From NCBI GenBank assembly GCA_000934665.2, contig JYFJ02004144.1:1-34410 (forward strand): DNA of 34,410 bases. The letters are read 5' to 3'. The DNA comes from Catajapyx aquilonaris (taxonomy: Eukaryota). The position numbers were made by a program, and so were the translations under genes. The notes beneath the pieces were generated by a model that ran no database searches, was not told the origin of the DNA, and saw only the letters and a list, made by a program, of their open reading frames with translations. This document shows, one piece after another, positions 1 to 11,044 of the stretch (its first letter is position 1; each line of letters starts with the position of its first letter).

Positions 1-783
1 CCTCTACTGGCTGAGCCCCCACAGCTACTTAAAATGCTCCTCTCAGGTACATCGTCTGATTCAAAACATTTCCTGAAGACCATCAGAAATTACAATTCGG
101 CCTTCCAGATGACATCGTTTGGGGCCAACGTTGTTAGAGAAGGGGGCTTCATGCCTACATTCAAAGTGCAAGGGCAAATGTACCATCGCATGGGATCACT
201 CCTTCCTTTCAGAAAATCAGAGTCCGCGGTTTCTGCAGCTTTACTTCGTGGGGAACATGCAACAGCAGGCGGAATACCGTTGCCCCTACTTAAACGGCAC
301 ACGCCTCCACATCACACTGCAACTTCAGGAGATGATCCATTCCACTCACACTTACGTTGAGAGTCCTCCTCCTCTCGAATTTGACTTGGTCATCGATGCA
401 GACAAACGACCACAAGGTGAGCTTCGTGGTCGATTCAATCTACCTTCTTGCAATGAGATTGCTGTCATCATGAGCAGGGTCCCCTACATGAGTGCCTCCC
501 CCACCTAGACAGGGTATTGTCTCTCCGACATATTGGACCTAAATCAGATGGGATCTGCATGCAGTGAAAAAATGTCATTGAAAAAAAAAATTGGATGCTT
601 GCCAATTTCCTATCCTCCAGCATGCAATCTAGCTCCAATATGGACGCCCCATAAGGACTACGTGGAGACAATACCCTGGTTAGGGTGGGGGAGGCGACTA
701 TGTAGGGGACCCTGATCATGAGTGGTCAGGAGCATGGTAATAAGAGGGATATTGTGTTGAAGCTTCGAGACAACACGCTTCAT
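1..783 (+). pseudogene. Helitron RepHel protein, N-terminal region remnant (frameshifted, MITE-interrupted, truncated; runs off left edge)
   Basis: Frame +1 gives PLLAEPPQLLKMLL...SKHFLKTIRNYNSAFQMTSFGA...FMPTFKVQGQMYHRMGSLLP. After a frameshift near 208 it continues SENQSPRFLQLYF...LQEMIH...LVIDADKRPQGELRGRFNLPSCNEIAVIMS. After the 475-714 insertion it continues GQEHGNKRDIVLKLRDNTL. These blocks (IRxYNSAFQMTSFG, FKVQGQxYHxxGSLLP, FLQLYF, RFNxPxxNE, RDIVL) are the typical pre-Rep region of animal Helitrons. No Rep or PIF1 helicase motifs follow. Confidence 0.92.
475..714. mobile_element. 240-bp MITE with ~50-bp TIRs and 8-bp TSD (hAT-like; P-like not excluded)
   Basis: Perfect TSD ATCATGAG at 467-474 and 715-722. 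Termini CAGGGTCCCCTACAT...ATGTAGGGGACCCTG (15 bp perfect), with imperfect TIR extending 475-523 / 665-714. Removing the element and one TSD restores the Helitron reading frame (I-M-S-G-Q-E). Confidence 0.93.
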
Positions 784-816
784 CTATGCAATTATGAACG
801 TAATTGGCTATACCAA

Positions 817-1033
817 ATATTGCATGTGCATCAAGTCCAGAAAACACACATTGGATATCAGATTGTAAGCTCTGCCATGCTGGAGCTTCTACATTCTACA
901 TTTACTTCTACATTTACTGCACAACCTTCAATTTTTCATGACATACTTTTGCTGGATTTTGGAGGTGTATTGTGTATTATCTTACAATCCGACATCCTTA
1001 GTGTGTTGATTGGACTTCATGCACATGCAATAT
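817..1033. repeat. Inverted repeat with ~53-bp arms inside the Helitron tail
   Basis: 817-869 ATATTGCATGTGCATCAAGTCCAGAAAACACACATTGGATATCAGATTGTAAG versus reverse complement of 981-1033 ATATTGCATGTGCATGAAGTCCAATCAACACACTAAGGATGTCGGATTGTAAG. Confidence 0.85.
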
Positions 1034-1144
1034 GCTCCATGTCACTGGTATGCCAACATTGTATAGCCATAATTATTGCAAATCAATGAGTCACTCCTAT
1101 GGAAAAGTATTTCATAACCCGAGCAACGCCGGGTATCCTGCTAG

Positions 1145-1166
1145 TAATAATAATAATAATAATAAT
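1145..1166 (+). repeat. (TAA)7 microsatellite abutting the Helitron 3' end
   Basis: TAATAATAATAATAATAATAAT directly after CTAG. Confidence 0.95.
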
Positions 1167-1366
1167 CGTAGTTGGGTCATTCCATGTCAAGACAGACAAC
1201 TTGGTGGTTCGACCATCTCATAATTTGATATAAAAATCATTGAAGTGTTGCCAAAAATGAAGTTAAGAGCCTCCCAGGTGAAAATCCCACGGAGATATGG
1301 CGACGTCTTTCAGCAACAATGGAGCCGGAAGGACCATTATTCAGGTGAAGTTATTGTTGTACCCTC

Positions 1367-2093
1367 ATGTTCATATTATGTCAAATGAACTGACGTAAGA
1401 TGAGGAACATTTTGGTGGCAACGGGTTAGCCTAGATTGTAAAATTAAAATGCTAAAAAAATCGCATTATTGTGCAAAACGGACACATTTCATATGGTCCA
1501 ATGTCATTGTTAAATACATGCTAAGCGTGTGGAATTAATATGGTAGGTACATTGTCATCTGATCATCAGTAGTCATTACTACTGCAGGACAACATCAAGG
1601 TCAAGCAGACTTGGAGATAATAAATCTGAAATGTCAGAAAAAGCCCTCTATAGGCTACTCCACGTTATTTGATGTTGCGAGTGAACCATTCATGGTAAGT
1701 GAACAGTTCTTATACCGCTATGTTATGCATGAAAAGACGTTTCTGCGATAACTTAAAAATTGACCCAGCCCCACACTGAGAAGAATGACCCCAAAGATGA
1801 CCAAATTAGTGGAAAACAGACATTTCAGAAGTTTTATTTCCAAGACTGCTTGACCTGTGATGTTGCCCTTCGACAGTGTATAGTAATGATCAGATGACAA
1901 TGTATACCTACCATATTAATTCCACACCCTTAGCATGTGCTTAACCATGACATTGGACAATATGAAATGTGTCCGTTTTGCTCAATAATGCGATTTTTTT
2001 AAACATTTTTATTTTACAATCTAGGTTAAACCAGTTGCCACCAAAATGTTCCTCATCTCACGACAGTTCATTTGATATCATTTATATGAACAT
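1367..2093. mobile_element. Long inverted repeat (foldback/long-TIR non-autonomous DNA transposon relic), arms ~270 bp
   Basis: Left arm 1367-1635 (ATGTTCATAT...GATGAGGAACATTTTGGTGGCAAC...GCAAAACGGACACATTTCATAT...TCTGAAATGTC) matches the reverse complement of 1819-2093 along its length with scattered substitutions and indels; spacer ~180 bp. No TSD found. The left end may extend to GGGTCATTCCATGTCAA at 1173. Confidence 0.8.
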
Positions 2094-2144
2094 TAAACTA
2101 ACTTGTGATACGTTCTTGACCAATTTAGTTCGCATTACAAGTTG

Positions 2145-2381
2145 GGTGCAATACTGCCCTAACCCTTTTTTTCACACGCGGCCACCTTATTTTGTTCATT
2201 CTTAGAGTGGGTGGTGCATCATCATCATCATAATAGCATGTAAATGTTCCTTATTAGTGCCTTGTATATTGGGGTAGAAATGAAAATTGTCCCATGGAAA
2301 ATGTGATTTATGGGTCATCTCAAACTTTCAAATGCGTTTTTCTCGAAATCAGGTTTGGGAGGGTTATGGCAGTATTGCACC
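2145..2381. mobile_element. MITE-like element with 22-bp TIRs
   Basis: GGTGCAATACTGCCCTAACCCT (2145-2166) versus reverse complement of AGGGTTATGGCAGTATTGCACC (2360-2381), 1 mismatch. TSD not evident. Confidence 0.7.
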
Positions 2382-2391
2382 GACCCCTTCA

Positions 2392-2465
2392 ATTGACAAT
2401 GGCAACCGTGCACGCTGCGCGAACTATGTGCGCACTCGGTTGCTCCCGTAAAAAAATATCGTATA
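2392..2465 (-). repeat. Dispersed repeat family B (GCAACCGAGTGCGCA terminus), solo end
   Basis: The reverse complement GCAACCGAGTGCGCACATAGTTCGCGCAGCGTGCACGGTTGCCATTGTCAAT aligns with 22542-22610 and shares its core with the TIR of 2980-3183. Confidence 0.75.
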
Positions 2466-2581
2466 ATGTTCTTTGACACTGGTTGCAGATTCCAGTTAGA
2501 GTAATGGCAAAGAGGGTGTTCCCAACCCCTAAGGAAAATAACTCCAAGCGTTTAGCGCCAAGGTTCATCAATTTACACTAA

Positions 2582-2607
2582 CCCCCCCCCCCCCCCCNCC
2601 CCCCCCC
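2582..2607. repeat. Poly-C tract containing an N (2598)
   Basis: Homopolymer with a single ambiguous base; true length uncertain. Confidence 0.9.
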
Positions 2608-2979
2608 TTCTTGAAAACCTCGGATGTCACCAACAATAAGGAAGAAAGTGCACACAAAAAAAAAGTGGTGGAAGGCAGGAAGTTGGAGGGGACCACACCT
2701 TTTTTGTTGCCCTCCTGAAGGTGTCTCAAAGGCCGGACCTGCACTGTAATCCATCATTCTGGCAGGATCCGAGAGGGTGAACTGCGGCCAACTCTTTTGG
2801 ATGGAGCCTCCCTTTTCCAAAAACCCACTAATCAACCCGAGGGTATATCCCCCAAAGTATTGGCCATTTTCAAGTTGACTTAGCATCAAAGCCCCTAAGT
2901 CATACAGGGTGTTGGGTAATGATTCACACAAACTTGTATAGTGTAAACTCCTGTGAAGACTATAGCCTCATTACTATAT

Positions 2980-3183
2980 AAGACTTTTTTAAACGAACGC
3001 AACCGAGTGCGCACCCACACTCACGCAAGTCCATTTTTCCGACAACAACGTTGCCACAGTTACTCCTCAGGTTCGTTCCTGAGCATTGGCAACATCGTAA
3101 AAGCCAGCCACATTGTAACCCCCTCAAGCTTAGTGTTGGAAACAATTTTGCGCACTCGGTTGCGTTCATTTAAAAACAGTCTT
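2980..3183. mobile_element. ~200-bp MITE with ~34-bp TIRs (family B)
   Basis: AAGACTTTTTTAAACGAACGCAACCGAGTGCGCA (2980-3013) versus reverse complement of 3149-3183 AAGACTGTTTTTAAATGAACGCAACCGAGTGCGCA. Left flank TATA, but no clean TSD on the right. Confidence 0.82.
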
Positions 3184-3636
3184 TTGCAACCTACGTTTTT
3201 ATGACTGTTTGGTGCAATTACTACTAACGTTAATTTTAAACGGAGATTTATCCGCTATGGCAGTTTGAACGAGTTTGGAAATATAAGGTCCTGATTGGTC
3301 CAGTGCTCTTCCCAAGCACTTCTGGCTGGACGCGCGGATTTTAATTAATCGAATCGTAAAACGAGTGGATTGAGATTGCTTCAAGCACTAAACGGGCGGC
3401 ATACTCAAGCTCAATTATCCGTGAATAACCTCATTATCGCTAATGCATCATCAGGAGCGAGAGAGAGAAAAAAAACAATTTGGCGACATCTAAATAATGT
3501 GCGGAGTCACAAGTGCGAAAATTCTACATATATACGAGTTTCCAAAATCCGGTTTGGGCAGCAGTAAATTACCGTGTCCGAAATGCGTGCTTGTCCAGCT
3601 TTTTGAGATAAATATTGGTGGTCGGTTCAGGGACTC

Positions 3637-3700
3637 CGGAGCGTGAACCCGAGCCCGTAGATAAAATGCAACGATCCTCATCGCCACTATTGTATTGAGC
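3637..3700 (-). mobile_element. Degenerate tRNA-like sequence (possible SINE head, tRNA-Glu/Gly-like)
   Basis: Minus strand reads TAGTGGCGATGAGGATCGTTGCATTTTATCTACGGGCTCGGGTTCACGCTCCGG, resembling the TAGTGG..AGGATTCG..GGCCCGGGTTCGATTCCCGG layout of tRNA-Glu. The B box is degraded and there is no cloverleaf. Confidence 0.3.
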
Positions 3701-6700
3701 CCGGATTGATTAATCGGGTGTCCATGAAAGGTCTGGTCCCAAAAGCTGTTTTTTGGGGTGGCGTTTCAATTATCCAGGAATTTTGTTGTGGTCCAGAATC
3801 CAGCCTCGTTCCAGCCCATGTAACATATAGGGACTCATGTATACGATTTAAAAAAAATACAAGACTGGAAGATTCCAGTTTAGAATCCTGTGATTTCCAG
3901 CAATCGAACTGGGACATTTCCAGAGCAACAGGTACGGCTTGGTTGGAAGTGTGCAGCTGCTGCCAAAAGTGGACAAAAGTTGGGGCACGTCGACTTCGTG
4001 CTTCGGAGTTTTTAGTGCGGACTTTTGCTCCAGAAGACGACGTTATCACGTTCAGAGCTTCCAACCTCTTTTTTTTCCTGATGCTGCACGGTTTTATGCC
4101 GCTATGGAATAGTAATGAAAATAGACGCTTGGATCTGATTCGTTTTGCTTTGACGCAACCTGTGCAGAAAAATGCTGCGGTTGTATTTTGCGAGACAGGC
4201 TTCATCCAACGGGCTGCGATTTAATTTCATTCTCTTGAGAGTGACGAGAATCAATGTCGATTAGTATCAAAAGTGTCTGAAAAATCGGAGGCAGCCTGAA
4301 TGCTGGATAAGTTTGCAAAATATCAGGACATACAGTAAGATACTGTTGAAATGTAAATAATTTCTAAGAGCTATAATGTTATCGTCAGCTTTGCAGTTTG
4401 TTCCAACAAAATCCGGCTGTGTGCGGTCTGCAGCTTTGACGACTTGCCAAGGGGATCGTCAGGTTGGCTGGCGGTTCCTCAAGTTTTGAATTTTCCAAAA
4501 GTCAGCAATGCTCCCGGACACTGAAGCGAAACCGACCAAAATATTAAGCCTCGTCAGCACCTTCTTCCTTTCGCTATATAGACTTATCTTGTTGTTATTG
4601 CAGCTTTTCCTCTCTCACAGGTATTAAGAGCACCTGAATACTGTTTTGAGGCGAGCTACGTCTGCTTTAGCGGTGAAGAGGAGCCTAACTTAGGTCGGTT
4701 CACCAACTACAACATCTCCATAATTAATTCTGAGGGAGGCATGCAGCAGGTACATCGCACTTGTGCAATCACACAAGTACTGTGCAGAAGTGTTTTCTTC
4801 TTAGTCAAAGGAGTGCACATAATCGGATGTGAAATGTAGTTGGCTCCGAGTAAATAAGATTGAAAACTTGGGGAGCCCTAGAGAAAATTCAGTTTAGTTC
4901 CTTTTGAGATTATGCAAACATTAGTTGGAACAGGCTCCGTTTTATATTATTCAACTAGTGTGCCAACACCTTTACATTAGCATACATTTGCGACTTCTCC
5001 ATTCCAAGAACAGCTTTTCGGTTCCTTCATCCATGAACATTACTGCACCATTTCATCTCTTATGGTTCACATATATACGCTGTTGCGAGATTTTGCAGAG
5101 AAACTGCTTGATATAATATTGCAAATATATTTCGATATTAATAGTTTGTAATGGTATTTTAACCTACAAATTGTTCACCTTATCACAAATCATGATTCCT
5201 AAATGAATGGTGCAAAAAGACGTCTCAGGAAAAAAATTGAGCCGTTATTGCAATAGTTTGTTGTTTCCCATGCTTAGATGATTTATTCCGGACATTATTG
5301 TTCCCAAAATCGAGAATTAATGCTCCGTAAACGTTGGTTATACGACGGAGGAAAAGGGGAATATGAGAAGGAATTTCAACCAGACGCAGACGCTTTAATG
5401 GCTAGCAATATAATATGCAATGTAGCGTTCTTTTTTACGATTTCATAACAAGTTTTGTTATATCCTGGAAAATGTCAGCACTATTAAGTCAATTTTTGAT
5501 TAGGTTTTAACATGCGCTGCATGTGAAATTGTCAGCAAATATCTGTAGGGAAAAAAAATCAGTTTTAATTATTCAAAGAGAGTTTCGACAATTTGACAGT
5601 TTAGCTTCATTCGCTCAATTAATCCATCGGTTGTCAATATACACATCGCACATGCAGGGGATGTACTTTTCCGTTCGGTTGGAATTATAATTTCTGCCCC
5701 ACGGCCTCGGTTCTAATTACCAGATTGTGTTGCCCGCAATAAAACAAACAGAAAGCATCGATGGAGCAGTCATTAAATAACAATAGTACAAACATACATA
5801 CACTGGACGTGTGTTTACCGCATGTGTTTTCGTTGGACACTGTTTTGCTTCGATTTTACGTTTTGTAACCTCTAATTACGCGGATGTCGAGTACTATATC
5901 CCAGCAGTAAGGAGAATCCGCATCTAATTAAAAACCCATTCAAACCCGCCTTGAATTTAAGCCCTCAGTAAATCGATTCCAATCCGCAAACACCGCTAAC
6001 CAAACTATAATTGAGCACATTCATTTCGGATTGAATAATCTCTGCCTCATAATTAACACCATTGTTGGGAACCTATTTTTGTTGGTCAATCTTGGAAGCT
6101 TCAAGGCAGAAGATAATTAAAATTCTGAATATTTTTTTTTTTCTTCCACACACATTCTGCCTGTATACACATTCTCATAGAAATAGTGCAGATTTCCATG
6201 CCTTTTGTTCCGTCATCACATTAGTCTTCTGGCTCGTCGGACCGTTTCGTGCACTTCACCCTGGGCCATGTCCAGTGCAGGTGCAAAAGGGTCTGGAAGC
6301 AAGTAAACGCCCAGGTCTGTCGCAGGCATCCAAATTGATGAGCATGCAAATGCGGTTGGCCCCCCCACAGCAAGATGACAAAGATGCCAGCACAAGTAGT
6401 CTTGGCCTTTCTCCATCGACACAAGCCGCATATAATTGCTGTGAGATAAGAAGCGTGAAATTTTGTGTGACTTTTTCCGGCTGTAAAAAAAGTAACAATG
6501 TGGCGTGTAAATAAATGAATTACAGTCGCACTTGTTGGACCGTCACGTGCACTTGAAGGTCCAGGAAATTGGTTTCAAGGGACGGTTAGTATCTGAGGAA
6601 AGATCTGAAAAGGGCTTCCGTTGGCGGGGTCTTTTTTCTGCACGAGTTCAAAGGAAATTGAAGAGCAGAAAATACTGCTTTCAGGAAAAGTTAATTTTTT

Positions 6701-9700
6701 TGATATATCTGTGGGTGTGGCATAGGAACTATATATCGTACATTGCCTGGTCCAAAGACACTTGGCAAGTTTTACTATATGCGCCTGGCTGGCTTACTTG
6801 TACTTTCCTAGATATAGTAACCTGAATGCGTACAAAGGGGGACGGAAGAGACGAGAATAATGCGCGCTTCCAGAAAGTTTCCGGGAGGAGACAAACCCCC
6901 TGCAGCAATAAACGTTGTTTGCGGATGCAAAATTTTACGACTGTTTCCTGTCGTCAGGAGGTAGCAGCAGTTGGGTTGTTGGGCAGAAATTTCCCATGAG
7001 TCTCGTCTCTCTGAGAGTTATAAATCAAGCGCATTTTGGCATTCAAGTCGAATCAACCGCTGCAGGATGGGATTTCTCCCTATAATAGTTTCCCAATACT
7101 TCAGATCTTGCCGCACATTGAACAAGTGCTTCAACCTCAAAATAACACCTGTCTCAGGTTTTATCCGTATCTTTTTTTCTCTCTCCAAGGGGGGACCAGA
7201 CGACCTGGAGGGGGGTTTTTTATGGAGAAAAGCAGCTAAAGGCAGGGCCGTGAAAAAATTCGAGGGGCAGAAGTTTATTTTATTCGTTCCAAAGTTGTCT
7301 GGAAGCAGAGTAGATTTGGTGGGGGTATCAGGCGGGTATCAGGCCGCAAAAGACGAGGAAACGAATGGCCTGGGTGGGGACTCTGGGAGAAAAAAAAGGA
7401 CACGCTTCAGGAGGAAAAAAAAAAGAAGATAAGGTGGAAGTGCATTTTGTATTTCCGCTCAGGAACTACCATGGCAGAGAACGACGCCGATAAACATTTC
7501 CGTGTGAATCGTGCTGAGAGACGTTGAATGTCGATAGTGCTTTAGTAGCACATGCAGCATTAGCATAACAAAAGGCGGAATTCTAATTAGCCAAATTGTT
7601 ATTCCATTGAAGGGATGAACTGTACGTACTGGCAAAATATTTGCAGAAGTTTTGCCTATACTTATCATTTTCAAAAATCCTTTAATTTGTGTCAGCCATA
7701 TTGCCAATTTTTGACCAACATTTCATTGGATTTTTATATGAAACTATTGGCAATATTTAATCAAATCGAGCATAAACCGTAGCTTCTTCAGCAAGTACTG
7801 ATGTGCTTACACATTTTTTGAGGTTGATCTGACCATTAGGTTCTTCATATACATCCTTTTTTTGCATACAGTATCCCGGTGAAATTTCTGGCTCGCGTAC
7901 TCCAAAAAATCCGGGTTTTTCTAGCACCACAAGAGCAGACATTATTTTTTCGACCAACACGTAAATCTCTCTCTCTATTTTTTTTTACTCGACGCTCTCG
8001 AGAAACTAAAAACCGCAAATGCACTTCCAGTGTAGCCGTTACGCCCAGCTTTCATCCTCTAAAAAGCAGGTATTCGTATTGCACACAGTGTACAAAACAT
8101 GTCCCCACATAATGAAGTACTGGGCTATATATTGCAAGTGAGTAAAGAAAACAGCCTGCAGGCAATACCCTACAGGAATTTGTTCAAAAAAATATTTACC
8201 AACTGCTGTTATTTCATGTCTATGACGTGGTTCCTGTTGAGCATGCAACGTCGCCAATACTCCAGAGAGGCTTGCAAGACTAAGTCTCTAGCAACACACC
8301 CCCTTGCTTTCGAAATATACTGTACGTGTTCCAACCGAATTATTCATGCACCGTGGTTACAAACATCTGCCGGGATCCGCGTGGTCAGTGCCACTTCCCA
8401 GGATATGTTGCCAGTTGCAGACTCGAGTGATTTCTACCCCATGAAGCAGACCTCCAACTAGACGAAAATAGAGGCTGAAAGGACCAGGTTAATGTCCGCA
8501 TTATTTACCATCCCTTTTAGGACTAGCTTGTGCAACTCTATAGGCTGCAGAGAGTGGTGATATTTCAGGCTATTCAGATCGTAAATAGAATTTTCATAAA
8601 TTCAGGATATCATGAAATGTTTTCGTTGAAATATTTATTTTTCATAATTATTCTTTAATTATCTGATTATGACAGACCCCTAAGTATAGTGTAGGCTTAA
8701 CTAAAGAGTGCAAATACTGTAATGCGCCCAACATTTATGCTAAATATTGCATCCATTTTAACGAACCATCACTCAGCCGTTTAATATTTGGGGGGGGGGG
8801 GCACGTCGCTCCCCATTTTGGGGATTAAAAAATGACCCCCTCCTCCCAGTCTCATAGAATGCTAAACGGCTAGAATACCCCGGAGAGACATCCTTCCGAT
8901 TTGAATTCAGAACCCATTTGTTAGCCTGTAAATGGAGGGAGGACTCTTCAACTTTTTTTAAAAAAGTTACATATTTTTTTTATCTCAGCAAACCAAAACC
9001 CTGCCTGCAAATTTCGAACCAGAAAATGAGCTATTTTTTGCACAAAAAAAACACATATGAAATTATGGAGCACTAGACTAGCTTTGACGAAAATGATATT
9101 CGGCGGAGCATTTTTGTCACTTGATATCTCCAACCGAGAAGTTACTGCAAAAGAAGCATTCTCCCCAGAGTGGCCCCATGGTTTTGTAGAACTTTTCGGA
9201 GAGGCATTAGTTACAGTGAAAAAGCAAACAGAAAACTGAAACGACGCTTTTCGCCAAGTCCTGGCCTCCGTGCAGCGTTGCGAGATGCAGTTTATAGCTT
9301 CGAAGCCAAGTTTTGAAGGCATAAAATATAAAGCCCCCTTTTAAAAATATATTTATTTTACGTGCTCTAATGCGTGCGATCCTTGCATATAAACTTTAGA
9401 GGAACGAAAGACAAGCGATGCTGTGTTTTATATTGTGTTACTGGCCTCGCCTTACACGCCATAAAAACGAAGCGCAACAAGAGGGTCGTAACTGTGGAAG
9501 AAACTTGTTTTTATCCTGACTATACAGAGCCACCCTTCATACACTTCTGTATGTAGAGCTACCTTACAGTATAACCTGCAGGATAACAAGAGTATGCCTT
9601 TCTTCCAAAAAATTAAACAAGTTCGAATAAATCATTTTTCATATTCAATCATCTTAATCTCATAACGGTTCCTACAAAGACAGCCCTTTAAAAATGTGGA

Positions 9701-11044
9701 TACATCATGGAAAAAAATGCGGTACACGTTTGCAATAATACCAGAAGATGAATGTCTGTACGTGAAGTGTTTTTGCATACGCGTCACGAAACTTAGCGTC
9801 AAGTTAATTCGGCTTCTGGAAAGAAGCTTAACAAAATTAATGGGGGACAATGCTCGGAATGTGTTTTTCGCACAGCTGGATATTCTAAGCAGGTACGAAC
9901 TGCCTTAGAAAAGCGCGGCCTTAAGTAAATTCCGTCTCGAGTTAATTTTTCAACCGATACTTTGACAGGTCTGCATCTCGGAAAAGGTCTTTGATGGTGA
10001 TTAACAACCCCCAAAAAATTTTCAATTAAAGTTCATGTTGCTTGACAGGGTGGATGTGGACAAAAACATCAATATATTATATTTGGCACGGTTTTTCGCT
10101 CGTTTTTTGGCACGAGCAAACAGAAGTGGTTGCTGACCTAGGAAATGCAAGGCTTGGGGGCATCATCCAGCAGACCTGAACTATCTCTGGCAAGACATCA
10201 AAGTCCCCCCAGAGATCTGCAGAAAATGGTGCAGGCACAATTCCAAGTCACTTCCACAGGAGAGACTGCGCCATATTTTGGTTTTTGCCTGTTAATAATC
10301 TTACTCCCAATGCACTTATTTTCTGTTTATTTCACTGAAGGTACAGAATTTTCTGCATTGTATTGGAAGCACTTTTTTTGTGTCCAATCCGGATGAAGCT
10401 GACCTCCGGAATTCCAAATTCCAGGATAACAGAAGCATTCCCACCACACCAAATAGCATTGGGCGACCCTTTTATGGCTGCCCGATTAATCAATCAGGCA
10501 ATCACACTGTGTCGATTAAGAACATTTCTGGGGCAGTTCATCCGTTGTGTTCCAGAATTCCTTCCGTCTGGACATAGCCTCTCAGCACAATTGCTTATAG
10601 TCTCTAGTAAAAAGGCTAGTGACTCCAGCAGAACCGTCTCTGGGAATGAGTTTAGTTCAGGGGTGGTCCTTTCACAATGGTATCTATGGGAATGATCTAG
10701 AAATAGAGCTCGTCATTGGACTACGAGGGGGGGGGGGGGCGAAGACCGTCCATTTGGGTGGAAATCATGCGAGAAGCTGCTACCTCATAAATGTCGCCTT
10801 ATTTCACCGGATATCTTGATGGGGGAAGAACTATTCTCGGGTGCTGCTGAGGAAACAGGGCGACACGTTTTGCTCGACTCAGGTCTTACAGGCGGTTAAA
10901 GAGGAGCAGGAGAGACGTAAACATGGTCGTAAAACAGGGGCCTTGCATTTCATGTGTTCGGGCTTAATTGTGATGATAATGATGATGTTCATGCCGTTTG
11001 GTTGAGTTGTACGATTATACATTTTTCTTGGGAAAAACTTGACA

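Larger units (their letters stand above)
1..1144 (+). mobile_element. Internally deleted (non-autonomous) Helitron with intact 3' terminus
   Basis: Helitron coding remnant, then GC-rich subterminal hairpin ACCCG-AGCAACGC-CGGGT (1117-1134), then CTAG (1141-1144) followed by T. This is the canonical Helitron 3' end (hairpin + CTRR, inserted before T). The 5' end lies outside the window. Confidence 0.85.

Noticed and set aside
3687..4224. Overlapping 172-aa ORFs on both strands
   Set aside because: No recognisable domain, no clear splice context, and composition typical of translated non-coding DNA.
4590..4750. Strong-looking acceptor CTTTTCCTCTCTCACAG (4620) as a 5' UTR exon
   Set aside because: No convincing donor or other support; cannot be distinguished from chance without RNA data.
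5899..6070. Possible CCCAGCA...TGTTGGG-terminated MITE (similar CCCAGGC...GCCTGGG at 19235-19471)
   Set aside because: TIR match is only 7-11 bp and imperfect, with no TSD.
8775..8871. AGCCGTTTA...TAAACGGCT around a poly-G run
   Set aside because: 9-bp inverted repeat without TSD; a plausible MITE relic but insufficient evidence.
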